A stretch of DNA of 64,000 nt from Proteromonas lacertae (taxonomy: Eukaryota): NCBI GenBank assembly GCA_002245135.1, contig NGBS01000300.1, forward strand, positions 1-64,000, read 5' to 3'. The notes beneath the pieces are model-generated. The model was not told the DNA's origin and ran no database searches. It worked only from the letters and a program-made list of their open reading frames with translations. Numbering within the stretch: position 1 is the first letter of the stretch; every line of letters begins with the position of its first letter. The position numbers and the translations under genes are program-made. Shown piece by piece: positions 1-13,700 of this stretch.

Positions 1-288
1 AGTAGCAGAAGTCGTCGAAATAGAAGTGAGTATAATTAGTGTTTTTTTTAATATTCTTTTTATATAGTTCAAGGAGTAGAAGCAGAAGCAGCAGAAGCAG
101 AAGTAGAAGTAAAGGGAAAGAGAAAGAAGTCGCAGTAGAAGTCACACTAGAAGTCATAGTAGAAGTAGAAGTCATAGTAGAGATAGATATAGAAATAGAA
201 ACAATTATAACAATGATAGAAACCGTAGAAACAATTATGGAGGACAATATGGAGGTGGTGCTCAACCAGTGAGAAATAACATTAGAAG

Positions 289-329
<41 letters not shown>

Positions 330-1574
330 GAAGAGTATAAATATATAGAAGATATTAATAATAATAATATAAATAGAATAACAATAATAATAATAACCCA
401 CAATCTTCATCAGTAGCAAATACAAATACAAATACACCTGCCGCTAATGCTCCACCAATAGCCAATACAATAACAATTACACATTTACTACCACAACATT
501 TAGAAGTTGCTAAAATTGCATCTTATTTCAAGAAATTTGGTAAAGTTTTAGATGTTAGTCTAAATCATGAAGAAAAGAAAGCAAAAGTGATATTTAGTAG
601 CAGTGATGAAGCTGAAAGAGCGTTTAAAAGTCCTGTTGCTGTGTTTAACAATCGTTTTATAAAGATTATATATGAAAATAGAGATGGCAACAAAATAGAT
701 TCAGAAATGTTGAAAGAAGAGAATGATAAAAAAGCAATGCAAGCTCAGCTTGATATATTAACAAAAACGGATGAATTAAAGAAGAAAAAGAGATCCTTTA
801 TATTGAATGCATGTGAGAAATTAAAAACTGCTAATGAATTAGCTAAGAATGATGCATCCACAAATATTGATGCACTTTTTCTATTAAGAAAACAGATTTA
901 TATTATTATTGAATCAATTATTAGCTGGTCTTTCTAGTGTTAAAGCTCAAGGTAAATCTGATGATTTAATTAGAAAAGAGTTGGAAGGAAAAAATACAGC
1001 TGAAATAGTGGAAGAAAATTCGAAAATATTATCAGAAATTGATGATAATGTTGATGAATGCTTAAATCAGTATATTTATTATATATATATTATTAAATAA
1101 TAGAAAACCAAATGAAAAGGTTATAAAGTCTATTCACTCTTATACTAAAATACACGCACCAGCAACAGGATCAGCAACAAACACTCCTGTAAAGTATATT
1201 CAGTTATATATATATATATATATATATGAAATAGAACAGAATTTAAGAAGAATAAACCAGCTCCACTACAGAAAACTACTTTAGATCTTCGACCAAAAAA
1301 CAATAAAAATTATTAATATGCCTCCAGAGTTATTCACAGAAGAAGCAATTAGAAAAACACTTCTTCAAAAAGTGGACCAATTTCTGCAATTTGCTTTGGG
1401 AATAACTATTCTGCATTAGTGAAATTCCAAAAGAGAAAATTTGGTGAAAAAGCGATGAAATTTGCGAAACTTTACAATAATGACCAAGTATTAAAGATGG
1501 AATGGTTTGATACACGTTCCACTACATCTACCTTTGATGGTAAAATAAGTGAAGCTATATATCAGCAAGATTAA
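1..1574 (+). CDS. RBM26: RBM26/27-like RNA-binding protein (5' partial; RS-rich, N-rich, two RRMs), spliced, several apparent indels
   Basis: RS dipeptides at the start; RRM ending AFKSPVAVFNNRFIKIIY resembles RBM26/27 RRM1 (AVLNNRFIKV); LDLRPK precedes a second RRM at ~1290-1510; TAA at 1572-1574. Confidence 0.65.
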
Positions 1575-1686
1575 TTTTTTAATTTTACTTTTTTTATCAA
1601 TTGTGTGTTTTAAAACATCATGTGAACCAATAAAATACTTTTTTTAATAAACAAAAATTATTTTAATAGTAAATATATATATAAAT

Positions 1687-4483
1687 CTAATATATCCCAA
1701 CTTTAAACTCAGGTCTGAATGGAGATGCATGTTCTTTACCAGCAGTTAAGAAATCAACAGTCTTCTTTCTATATAACACAGATGATTCATTCAAATTCTT
1801 ATTCGAAGTTTTTCTTCTCCTAGTAACAGCAGATTTTGAAAGATTTGATGGAGTAGCACTTTCAGGAGATGTAGCAACTCTAACTGGATGTTTTCTACCT
1901 TCATTATCATATTGGAATGAAATATGTTGTTTTTTAAACTATAAATAATATATATACATATATTAATAAATATATACTCTTTTATTAACAACATCTCTAG
2001 TATCATCAACATCATTTCCATCAGAATCATTGTCTTTAATATTTGCTTCATTATTCTCAACAATTTCTTCATCAGATTCTTCATAAATTGGTTTTTCTAA
2101 TGCTGGTAATTCTTTACTAAGAGGTAATTTGTGATGTTTCTTTCTTTCTTCATTTGCTATGTTAATTGGTTCATATTCACTTTCACTTGCCTTTTGTTGA
2201 ACTAATTTTGGTAAAGTTGGTTCACATATAATAGGCTATAAATAATAATAATAATTATTATTATTATAAATAAATATACAGGAAATACCCAACCTTGAAT
2301 ATCATATGGATTTGGTAACTATTAAAATTATATATAAAATGGAAATAAAAAATACATTAAATTTAAGTTTTGGATCACAAGCATCTTTAGGTAATTTCAC
2401 TCTAATTGGAACTCTTGGTTTCTTCTTCTCTAAGTTATACCAACATAAAGTATCTAAAATAGGATATAAATCAGCATAATCTCTCTTTCCAGTAATAAAT
2501 GGATGATCATAAGCTTCCTCAGCTGTCATTCTTTCAAATGGTGAAACGACTATTAATTTTTTAATGAAATCTTTTGCTTCTTTTGAAACGTTAAACCATG
2601 ATTGAGATCTAAATTCAAACTGTCCTTCACTAACTCATCAAATGTTTCAAATGGACTTTCTCCACTTAATAATATATAAGTTACTACACCAACACTCCAC
2701 ATATCCACTGGAGCTCCAATTGAATGTTTTTTTAAGAATATTTCTGGTGGATAGCAATCTACAGATTCATATCTATGATCTAAGCCATCATATATATAAT
2801 CTAAACTTCCAAAATCACTCAATTTCACTGATGATAAGTTATTATATGTATCTATTAATATATTGGAAGGCTTGATATTCATATGTGGCTTGAAATTTAA
2901 ATGTAAAAACATTAAAGGTTCTAAAACAGATCTAATTATACATCTTGCTTCAAATTCTGTATATTCATCTTGATCAGCTAAACATTCTAATATTTCACCA
3001 CCTTGACATAAATCATATACAATATAATAATAATTCAATTCTTCACATAATTCATAGATTTGTAATATATTATAATGTTTCATTCTCATTTGTAATTTGA
3101 CTCTCATTTTGAAATCATCTAAGTTCTTTATATCTGATTTTAATATTTGTTTTATAGCAACCATCGCACCATCTGAGTTACGTTTTCCTTCATATACTTG
3201 TCCTTGTCTTCCTTTACCAATTAATCGAATAAACTCATATTTATCTGTCATTTCTTTTTCTTCAATTGCTCTATTAATAATAAAATACTATTTATTATAT
3301 ACTTTTTAGTTAATTTTGGATCATGAATAACAACTTTTGCTGTATTCAAAGCATTAGTCCATTTCTTTCTCTTTTGATTCAATTCTTTCAATTGTTCAAA
3401 GTTATAAGTTAATGGGACAGTACTTCTTTCGTTGGTAATAAATGGATGACTTAATGCTTCTTCTGAAGATATTCTTTCCTTTGGATTGACTACTAAACAT
3501 TTCCTCACAAAATCCAATGCTTCATTTGATACATGAAACCAAGTGTCAGTTGGATAGAGAATATTGCCAATTACAATTCTTTTAAATATGCCAATCTATG
3601 AAAAACAATAAGAATTGATAAACAAATTAAAAAAAAAAATAATAATGAAGGTATATATACTCTAGTACCATCAAATGTATCAAATGGACTATTACCAGTT
3701 AATAATATATAAGCAATTACACCCAAAGACCACATATCACTAATCTGAGTATTAACATGATCAACAATCACTTCAGGTGCTATAAACTCCTGTGAACCTG
3801 ATAAACTAGATAAACCATCATCTAATGACTTAGCATAACCAAAATCTGATATTTTTACAGATGTATCGTCATTGATATCTTTTATTAATATATTTTCCAG
3901 TTTTAAATCTCTATGTGGAATACCTCGTTTATGACAGTAATCTAATGCTTCTAATAGACTGTGAATAACTGATTTACCGTCTGCTTCACTGAAATATTTT
4001 CTGTTTACTATTCTATCCATTAATTCTCCTCCAGCCATATATTCTGAGACAATGTAAAATCTTTTCTCATCTTCGTAATATGCTAATGTATCTACAATAT
4101 GTGGATGATGAATCTAATGAATATAAATAACCATAATTTATACTGCTAGTGATAATTCCACATCATGTCTGAATAAATCGATATCTGTAACCACAGTCTT
4201 TTCTATTATTTTTATTGCTACTTCATCACCTATGTTTCATATCACAAAATACAAATAATACCCATAATCTTCTCAGTTCCATGTACAACACATCCTAATG
4301 GTCCTCTGCCTATCACCTTACCTATTTTATATTTCTGATGAAATTCTGATAGATCTTCATTCTCTGGTATCACTTTTTGAGGTTCTTCAACAGGCTCCTC
4401 TATATTTTCCTCTCTAAAAATGTATATTATATTTATTAATACAATGGAGGGTATTCCTCCTCTTGGGATTGCCTAGCTCCCAT
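1687..4483 (-). CDS. Tandem CaMK-family kinase + pseudokinase, N-myristoylation motif, multi-exon
   Basis: Starts MGARQS; domain 1 has HRDLKLEN/DFG/APE; a 32-nt intron joins it in frame to domain 2 (HMNIKPSN, DFG); 1-nt frameshift at ~2626; TAG at 1689-1687. Confidence 0.8.
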
Positions 4484-4588
4484 AATACTTCAATGAACGT
4501 ATTTGAGTAAATCTGAAACGAATACTTTTTTATTTTCAAAACAAAAAAAACTAATTATATCACTAATTGCAGTTACTTGAAAAGTAAT

Positions 4589-6161
4589 TTAATTATTTCT
4601 AGTTGGAGCTACAGTTGTTGGACGTACTGTAGTTGGAGCAACTGTAGTTGGCTTTACATCACTTGAACTTCCTGATGAACTTCCTGTTGGTGCAACTACA
4701 GTTGGAGTAGCAGTTGTGGGTTTAACATCACTTGATGATGATGATGATGATGATGAACTACCATTTGGTGGAACTGTTGTTGGTCTTACTTCACTAGATG
4801 ATGATGAAGAAGAAGAGGATGATGATGATGAACTACCTGAACCATTGCTACTGTAGCTATTACCATTATTATTATTATAACCATTACCATTGTTATTCAT
4901 ACTGTTATGGTTATAACCATTGCCATTGCCATTACCATTATTGCCATTCATATTTCCATTATTATTATTATTATTATTATTATTATAACCATTACCATTC
5001 ATATTGTTATTACCATGATTATTACTATTTCCATTGTTATTCATATTGTTATGGTTATAACCATTGCCATTGCCATTAGCATTACCATGATTATTCATGT
5101 TGTTATTATTATATCCATTGTTATTCATATTTCCATTACCATCGCCATTCATATTATTTCCATTACCATTATTCATGTTATTATTATTATTATTATTGTG
5201 ATTGTTATATCCATTACCATTATTACCATTATTATTGTTATTCATATTATTACCATTCATATTGCCATTTCCATTTCCATGATTGTTTATATTGTTGTCA
5301 TTATTATTATTATTATTGTGATTATATCCATTACCATTACCATTATTACTGTTCATATTGTTATTGTTATATCCATTACCATTATTCATGTTATTATTAT
5401 TATTGTTATTATAACCATTACCATTCATATTATCATTATTATTATAAGTTCTCTCAGGTGCTGGACAATCTTTAACTTGATATGATATTGGATTAGCTTC
5501 AGTCTTTAATGATTCTGTTACTGTCAAAGTTGAATTATCATTTCCATAGTTATATTTGCCAAATAAATGATTCTTAAATACTTTAATTGTCATTCTTCTA
5601 CAATTTGGCATTACGTCTATATCTGTATCTACAGTAGCTTCAATAGATGATGATGGACAGTATTTTGACTTCATTTCGTTGAATTTTGTTACTCCATCTT
5701 GGGTTTTTGGTGATACTACACTTCTAATAAGATACATAGCATAAGGTGAGCCTGAGTCAAATGATTTCTTTCTGTATCTTACTAAATATGTATTGTTAAC
5801 ATGAAGAATTGATGATCCACTGCAATCATTGCTGCTGTAGAAATCAATTTGTGTGTAAGCTATTACTCTATTAAATACGGTTGAATTTTTCTTTCCGTCT
5901 ATTAGCATTTAGAGAGATCTGATATACCTTCGCAAATTGGTGTTGTTTGACTTCCGCAAATAGGTCTAACTGTTTGTGGGATTGGAAGCATATTTTCAAC
6001 TTCAGCAGGACTCATATTAGCCATCTTCTTAGTTCTTGAGACAATAGATTTGGTGTGGTGACGAACAGGTTCATCTAAAAAGTTCAAAATAAAAAGTTCA
6101 TACCTCCTGTTTCACATAAAACAACAGCAAATAAAGCAACAAGAAGGAAAAACCACTTCAT
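4589..6161 (-). CDS. Secreted/surface protein: signal peptide, Cys-containing domain, Asn/Gly-rich region, poly-Ser, mucin-like PTT repeats
   Basis: MKWFFLLVALFAVVLC signal peptide; 29-nt intron; ORFs 5902-6087 and 4589-5908 joined by a 1-nt frameshift; C-terminal VKPTTVAPTTVRPTTVAPT. Confidence 0.75.
4855..5447 (-). repeat. Coding low-complexity AAT/AAC/GGT trinucleotide region (N/G/M/Y-rich)
   Basis: Recurrent NGNGNGYNHN units within the secreted-protein ORF. Confidence 0.9.
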
Positions 6162-6674
6162 TTAAAAAATTACTTTTAAAGAGTTTCTATTGGTTAGTTT
6201 ATAATCCTATTTGTGAATGATATGGGATGATTATCATTTTTGAGATTCGATTTTCTTGATTTTTACCTCGTTTTCATCCTGTTACTAAATATAATAACCA
6301 AATACAGTAATTGCTTTTTATGTGATGAATATTATTTTAGTAATGTAATATACAAAAATAATCTTATTGTAAAAATCATAAATAAAACTCAATATACGCT
6401 TCTAATAAAAAAATGATTTATGAAACTGTGTTTAATTAGATGCAACTCATAATAATTGTGATTCATAAAAATAAAAGACTTTGAAATGACGGTGAAAAGT
6501 GAATGATGTTGTGTTTAAATGAACTTTTTAATTCTTTGGTTATTCGAAATGTTTTGTTAAACCATTTTCAGAAAATTATTTTTTTTAATTACTCAGCTTT
6601 CGTTCATCTAATAACCATAATCTTATCATAAATAGTAATTTGTGAGTATTATTATTGAACTTTATTGAAATAGT

Positions 6675-7645
6675 ATGTCAATCTTTGATTAATTCATAAA
6701 TGATGTGTTGTCCTTAATATTACCAAATGGTAGTGAAGTATTTTTAATCAAATTATATTTATAGATAAAACAGAGAATAGAAAAGAGTGTTAGTGAAAAA
6801 GATATAGTTGTACAACATCAAAACGACATTAGAATGTTGATAGTGAAAAATGAAGATAGAATAAGTTTAAAAGAATCGAGAAAAGATGTTGAAATTATCT
6901 TGAAAGAAAGAAAAGAAATGTTATTCAATAATGATTATTTGATAAACACTCCACCATTTAATAATAATAAATTACCATTGTGAAGAAGGAAGAGAATGTG
7001 ATTTAGATAATATAATTTTTAATTGTTTAACTGATAGAGATGATGAAGAAAGAATCAGAATCTATTCAAATTGTATTTGTTATTGTGAAGAAGGTATTAA
7101 TTATTTTTTCAATATATTAAATCTAATAAATCCAACAATACTTCAATTTTGTATAATTCTAATCATTTAAATATTCCATACCAATATCATATTCTATTCG
7201 GATCATTTTTTAGTGAGTTATCAAACCTTCAAGAATTGTATTTATGAAATTGAAATTTGTAAATCTTTCATGTATATGCTATTCTATTCTATATAGTTTT
7301 GTGATAGTTAATCCACTTGGTATAGATATGGAAATGAGATAGGAGATGTAGTAACGAAAATACTTGCAATAGAAATGGGATTATCTTCAATTGGATTGAA
7401 ATATTTATTGGATGTGGTTTTACTGTTTGAATAGATATTGGAATGAATGAAAAAGGATTAAAATCGTTTATAAAATGATTGAGAGACTATCCACCATTAA
7501 AAGAAATATATCTTTCAGGAAATGAATTAAATGAAAGTGGATTGAGTTTAATGAAAGAAAACATAGAGATTTTTTATAGTCTAGAAAAGTAATTAGATCA
7601 GAAGAAAAGCAAGAAAAATCAAAAGAGTTTTTCAATATTCTATAA
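6675..7645 (+). pseudogene. Collapsed pseudogene of the pseudokinase-LRR family (paralog of 8622-11885)
   Basis: Collinear blocks matching ~8650-8777, 9375-9440, 9725-9895, 10046-10130, 10636-10670, 10755-10800 and 11575-11885, separated by deletions; internal stops. Confidence 0.85.
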
Positions 7646-7775
7646 CTAATTATTTGATAAATAAGTTTTATTATGTTGAAAAAACAATGCTTATTAAGTA
7701 ATTCACTTTTTTATCATCAAACTAGTTTGATGAGAGTCAAGCTTTTGTAAGTGATTTGTTTTTTTCTTCATAAAA

Positions 7776-8383
7776 ATGAGTTTAATCGGCAAAAGAAAAC
7801 ATCAAACGAGCTTAGAAACAGAGAATGCACTAGTTAATTTTCATAGTTTGTTGATTTTATTTCACAATATTTAGGCTCATTACTCGAACTCTTTAATTAT
7901 GTATATATAAATGTAATTTGTGTTAGATAATTCCTGTATCTAGACTGATAGATAGATTTAGTTCAGAAGAATTTGATCTGTATTGTTGTTAAGTAACTTC
8001 CTTAGCTGTCGTAGTTCCAAACGAAATAAATGCATATATACTGACGAGGACAAGTATAGAATCTATTTAAATTAGTAGAATAATCAATACAAATGTTTTA
8101 GGTAAACTGAGTAGAAATGAGGATGAACAAGCTGAAGAAGAAGGGTATATTCTAAGATATGATGGTATATAGTGATACAGATGATGAGACGATGGAATAT
8201 GGAATAGAAAGAAGTGAAGAAGTGATAAAAAAGTTCAAAGAGCTTTATAATAATGTATTAAATAATGAAGAAGAAGATAGACTAATGCGTATTTTCAAAC
8301 GTCGAAAGATCTACAGTTCTCTAGATGATGATGATGAAGAAGAAGAAGAAGAAGAAGAAGATACTGAGATTTTTAAAGATTGA
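7776..8383 (+). CDS. Small hypothetical protein with acidic C-terminus, multi-exon
   Basis: AAAAATG start, several GT-AG micro-introns, terminal exon is ORF 8159-8383; TCAAGCTTTT motif upstream. Confidence 0.5.
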
Positions 8384-8621
8384 TCTCAACTGTCAATCCT
8401 AATATATAGATATATATCCATTAATTTCTTTATTATTTAATAATATTTATAATTGAGTGAATAAATGTAAGAATGTAAAGATTTTCAAATAATCAATGAC
8501 TTAACTAATTCAAATCGACTATCTGTTTTGATGTTTATTGTGAATTCTTTCACATATGTTTTCTGTGTGTAAAACAGAAAAAAGTGAAATAAAACGCATC
8601 TAATTTTATATAGAAATTATT

Positions 8622-11600
8622 ATGTTGAATTCTGTCATAGATAATATACTATCCTCAATATTACCATCTGATAGTGAAGTATTTTTAATCAATTTATATG
8701 TATAGGTAAAACAGAGAATAAAAAAGAGTGTTAGTGAAATAGATGTAGTTGTAGAATATCAAAACGACATTAGAATGCTGAAAATCATAAATATTGATGG
8801 GATAAAAGAAAAAAAGATGTTAAAATTCTCAGAAATTCACTCATTTTTATTAGAATGTTGTTTATCCTTTAATCACCCTTATAAAGTGTGTCAGATGAAT
8901 AAGCATGTTGAATGTATGATATTGAAAAGAGGTTTTTATTCCAAAGATTTAAAAGAGATGATTCAAATGAAATCTATGTCAAACAATGATATTAGTTTTG
9001 TGATTTGTTCAATATGTGATATTTTAATGATATTAAGTGAGTATAACATAATGATAAACAATTTGAAGGGTAGTAATTTAGTATATGAAGATAATTACGT
9101 TATAAAGTTATGCGATTTATGTTTGAATGAATTGAGAAAAGAAGAAGAAATGAGAGTATATGATGTGTGTTTTAAAAGTCCAGAAGAGTTGAATGGATTA
9201 GAATGTGATGATGTAAGTGTGATTTGGTCAATTGGTTGTATATTATATGAAATGATTTGTAAAAAATTACCATTTAATGAAGATGATAATATCAATAAAA
9301 CAAAAGAGAATATCTTGAGATGTAAATACAATTTAGATGTGAAATGTGATGATGAAATGAAAGAGATGATAGAAAGAATGTTGATAGTGAAAAATGAAAA
9401 TAGATTAAGTTTGAAAGAATTGAGAAAAGAGGTGAAAAAAATGAGTGAAATATTGAGAGATGAGAATAATTATAAAATATTAAGTGAAAGAAAAGTAGTA
9501 TCATATAAAAATGATATAGAAATTCTTCTATTTTTACCAAAAGAATATTATATCAAAAGTATTGAATGGAATAATATTCAAGATGAATTGATTAAATCCT
9601 ATAATTACAAATTAAAGGAGAAGATACTGTCACTACTATTAATGATGAAATTATACAGAGATGATTATTCAATAATAAATAGAATAAAATTTCAAATGCA
9701 TCATAAATGTAAAAAAGGTAAAGAATGTTATTTAGATAAAATGATATTTAATATTGAAATGGATGGAGATGATAAAGAAAGAATCAGAATCTGTTCAGAT
9801 AGTATTTGTATGTGTGAAGAAGGTATTAATTATTTTTTCAATATATTAAAACTAATAAATCCAACAAAACTTCAATTTTGTATAATACTAATCATTTTTA
9901 CTTATTTAGCATGGATTAATACACCAATACAATGTCAGCCATTATTTGGATCATTATTTAATCAATTATACAATCTGCAGGAATTATATTTATCACTTTG
10001 TTATCTTTCATATCATTTCATAGGATCATTTGTTAAATCAATTCCATTTATGAAATTGAAATATGTAATTATGAGTTGTATTTAATTATTTTATGAATAA
10101 ATTATACTGAAATAGGTAATCCTATTGGTGCTAAAGGATTCAAGCTATTACTTCCATGTTTAAATTTATTAATCAATAAAGAAAATCAGATGAACCTACT
10201 GGGAATGAATTTAGATGATGAGTCGATGATATTATTATCAAAAGAATTATATAAATATCCAAATCTTGAGAGAATATATATATATTTTAATTGCTCTATT
10301 CATTCAAAAGGATTAAAGGCATTATTTTCCAAATTTCCTCTTTCAAATGTATGTTTTAATTTATATGGCTGTAAAGAATTACTGATTGATAAAGACATTC
10401 AAGATATTATTAGATACAATAAGTATTTAAAGCTTAGTATTTCAGAGATTGATGATGAATTTTTCAAATCCTTTATTTCTTTAAGATCAAATGAAATTAA
10501 AGAAATAAAAAGATTAGATTTGAGTTGTATTATTTTAGTATTTCTGTGCTTTAGATAATAAACTAACATATAAAGGCTTTAGAATATTGATTGACAATTT
10601 ATCGTCATTTTTAAACCTTGAAGAAGTTGATGTGTATGGAAATAAGATAGGAGATAAAGGAATGAGAATATTATCTTCACATTTACATTTATTAATAGAT
10701 AAGAATAATATAATAAACTGTTCAAGTATAGTAAACTATTATTTTAATAATAAATAGAGATGGGATTATCTTCAGTTGGATTAAATCACTTATTAGATGG
10801 CTTAAAGAATGTTCATAAAAAGATCATATTGGATATTAGTAATAACAATATAGATTCAATTGGAATAGAGTGTTTGATGAATTATGTGAAAGAAAATGAT
10901 GAAATTGATAAGATAATCATTCATGGTATATTTACTTGTTAATTATTATCTATTAAATAGATAATCGAATTGATAATACTGGATTTATATTCTTAATAAA
11001 CAGTTTAGATATGTTAATAGATGATAATGAAATGAATTTGTGTAATATATTAATAGATGATGATAGTGTGATATTTTTAGCAGATAAGATAGATTCTGTT
11101 AAAGATTGTAAAACCATAAATCTAAAAGGAAATAATATCAGAATGGAAGGATTAAAATCAATTTGTTCAAAATCATTAGAGAAAAGAGAATATCCATTTA
11201 TAGAAATGAAAAATTCTTTATGGACAAATGAAGAAATGAAGTATTATTTTGATTATTGTATTGGAAAGAAAAGAAGATGTTATGACAGTGATATTGATTT
11301 TTCTAATTTAAATTTGAATGATTCTCACGTTGCATTTATAAAACGGATGGATTTTTATAATATTGATTTATCTAATAATAAAATTACTTCAAACGGATTA
11401 AAAGAATTAACAGATTCTTTACCAAAAATTGGATATGAGCATATTTCAATATGTAATAATCCAATTGGAGATGAAGGAATAGAGATAATATGTGAAAATT
11501 TAGATTTATTTATTTATAGTAATTTTTCATTAAATCTTTCTAGTATTTTAATTTAATCTAATCGATTTTTCTTATTTGAATAGATGTTGGAATGAATAAA

Positions 11601-11885
11601 AAAGTATTGAAACTGTTAATAGAAAGATTAGAATCATATTCCCCAATATCTATGATAAATTTATCAGGAAATGTCTTAGATGAAGATGAATTAGAAATGA
11701 TGAAAGATAATAGCAAAGTATTTGAATTTTTAAATGAATTATCAATAACATTAAAAGAGAATATAGATAAATCAGAATTGAAATCATTTTTAGATACATT
11801 CTCAACAATTGCAACAATCAAAATGGATGGAATATCAGAAGAAGAAAAGAAAGAATTATCAAAAGAATTCTTCAATATTAAATAA
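8622..11885 (+). CDS. NEK-like pseudokinase with RNI-like leucine-rich repeats
   Basis: INNLKGSNL (no catalytic Asp), LCDL in place of DFG, SPE, IWSIGCILYEM; many LxLxxNxIxxxG repeats; 7 short introns, 6 of them phase 1. Confidence 0.8.
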
Positions 11886-11968
11886 TTATATTGTTGCTAT
11901 TTGAAGTGTTTTTGTTTTTCAAATACCAATCAAACAAAAAATTAATTAAACATAATTTTAATCAGTTT

Positions 11969-13700
11969 TTATACTTTTGGACCATAAGAACTGTAATCTG
12001 GAAGACCAGGAACTTGGAATTTCTTGAAGTTCTTAATGAACTTTTGGGCTAAATCAATTCTTGCCTTATCATAAGCAGCTTTATCAGACCAAGCTTCTCT
12101 TGGATTTAATACTTTTGATGGAATATTTCCAACAGTTACTGGGATTTCCATATTGAATACATCAAAGTTAGTCCATTTACATTTATCACAGCTTCCATCT
12201 AAGATAGCATCAATACAACCACGAGTTGTCTTAATATCCATTCTGTTACCAGTTCCATAAGCTCCACCAACCCATCCAGTGTTGACTAAGTAAGCTTTAG
12301 TATGATGTTTAGCTAATTTTTCACCTAATAATTTAGCATAATCAGTTGGATGTAATAACATAAATGCAGCTCCAAAGCATGGTGAGAATGATGGTGTTGG
12401 TTCTTTAATACCTCTTTCAGTACCAGCTACTTTAGCAGTATAACCAGTTAAGAAATGATACATAGCTTGTTCTGGGCTTAATCTAGCAATTGGTGGTAAT
12501 ACACCATAAGCATCACATGTTAAGAAGATCATAGCGGTTGGATGTGGACCTCTGCTTTCTTTATCGAAGTTTGGAATGTGATATAATGGATATGATACTC
12601 TTCCATTTTCAGTTTTGGTTACATTGTAATAATCAACGTTTCCATCTTTATTAATCCATACATTTTCTAATAATGCATCTTGTTTAATAGCACCATAGAT
12701 ATCTGGTTCATTCTTTTGACTTAAATTAATAGTTTTAGCATAACAACCACCTTCAAAGTTAAAGATACCATCATCATCCCATCCATGTTCATCATCACCA
12801 ATTAAATATCTCTTTGGATCAGCAGATAAGGTTGTCTTACCAGTTCCACTTAAACCGAAGAATACAGCTGTATTTCCATCTTTACCTTTGTTTGCACTAC
12901 AATGCATAGATAAGATTCCTTCTTGTGGTAACCAGTAGTTCATTAAACTGAAAATACCTTTCTTCATTTCACCACCATATTGAGCACCAATTACAATAGC
13001 TACTTTCTTTTCTAAGTTGAATCCTACAAAGGCTTCACTGTGTAATCCCATTTCTTTCCATTCATCGTTTACTAAACCTTTACAACAGTTTAAGACGGTG
13101 AAATCTGGTTCAAAGTTTTCGATTTCACTTAATTTTGGACGAACAAACATGTTTGTAACAAAGTGATGTTGCCAAGCATATTCTGTTAAGAAACGAACTT
13201 TCTTGTGTGTTTTTGGGTTAGCACCACAGTAACCATCGAAGACATATACACCTTCTTTACCATTTAAGTACTTTTGTACTTTAGCATAACATCTATCGAA
13301 GATTTGTGGATCTACTGGCTTGTTTGGGGGGGTTGGTGACCACCAGATCTTCTTTTCTGATCTTGGATCTTTAACAATGTATTTATCTTGTGGAGATCTA
13401 CCAGTATATTTACCAGTATCAACTGCAAATGCACCATTACTGGCAAAAACACCTTCATGATTGTTTGATTCATGTTCTCTGATTTCCTCTATAACGCAAT
13501 ATAAAATCATAATATCATACTGTAGGTTAAGTTTCTGTAGACTTTACCGACGTTAACTCCTAATTTGTCTAAACCTAAAGCAGATCCTGAGGTTACAATG
13601 TTTCTAGTTGCAACCAAGTTCATGGAACGGCTAGCAAAAAATTAATACTTGCATTATACCTTATAGCAACACGACCTAATGAGAGTTTTGAAGCAAACAT
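11969..13700 (-). CDS. pckA: Phosphoenolpyruvate carboxykinase (ATP) with N-terminal presequence
   Basis: TGKYTGRSP, YGGEMKK, MHCSAN, FFGLSGTGKTTLS, LIGDDEHGW, NFEGGCYAK; two introns (29 and 32 nt) at the 5' end. Confidence 0.97.

Noticed and set aside
3597..3661. 65-nt CaMK intron as a U12 candidate
   Set aside because: Donor is GTATATAT and there is no TTTCTTTAAT-like branch motif; it is a long U2 intron
4798..5485. Plus-strand Ile-rich and Tyr/His/Cys-rich ORFs
   Set aside because: Antisense shadows of the Asn-rich repeat; the same applies to many short Phe/Ser/Ile-rich ORFs opposite K/E-rich genes (e.g. 15771, 15994, 21200, 60367)
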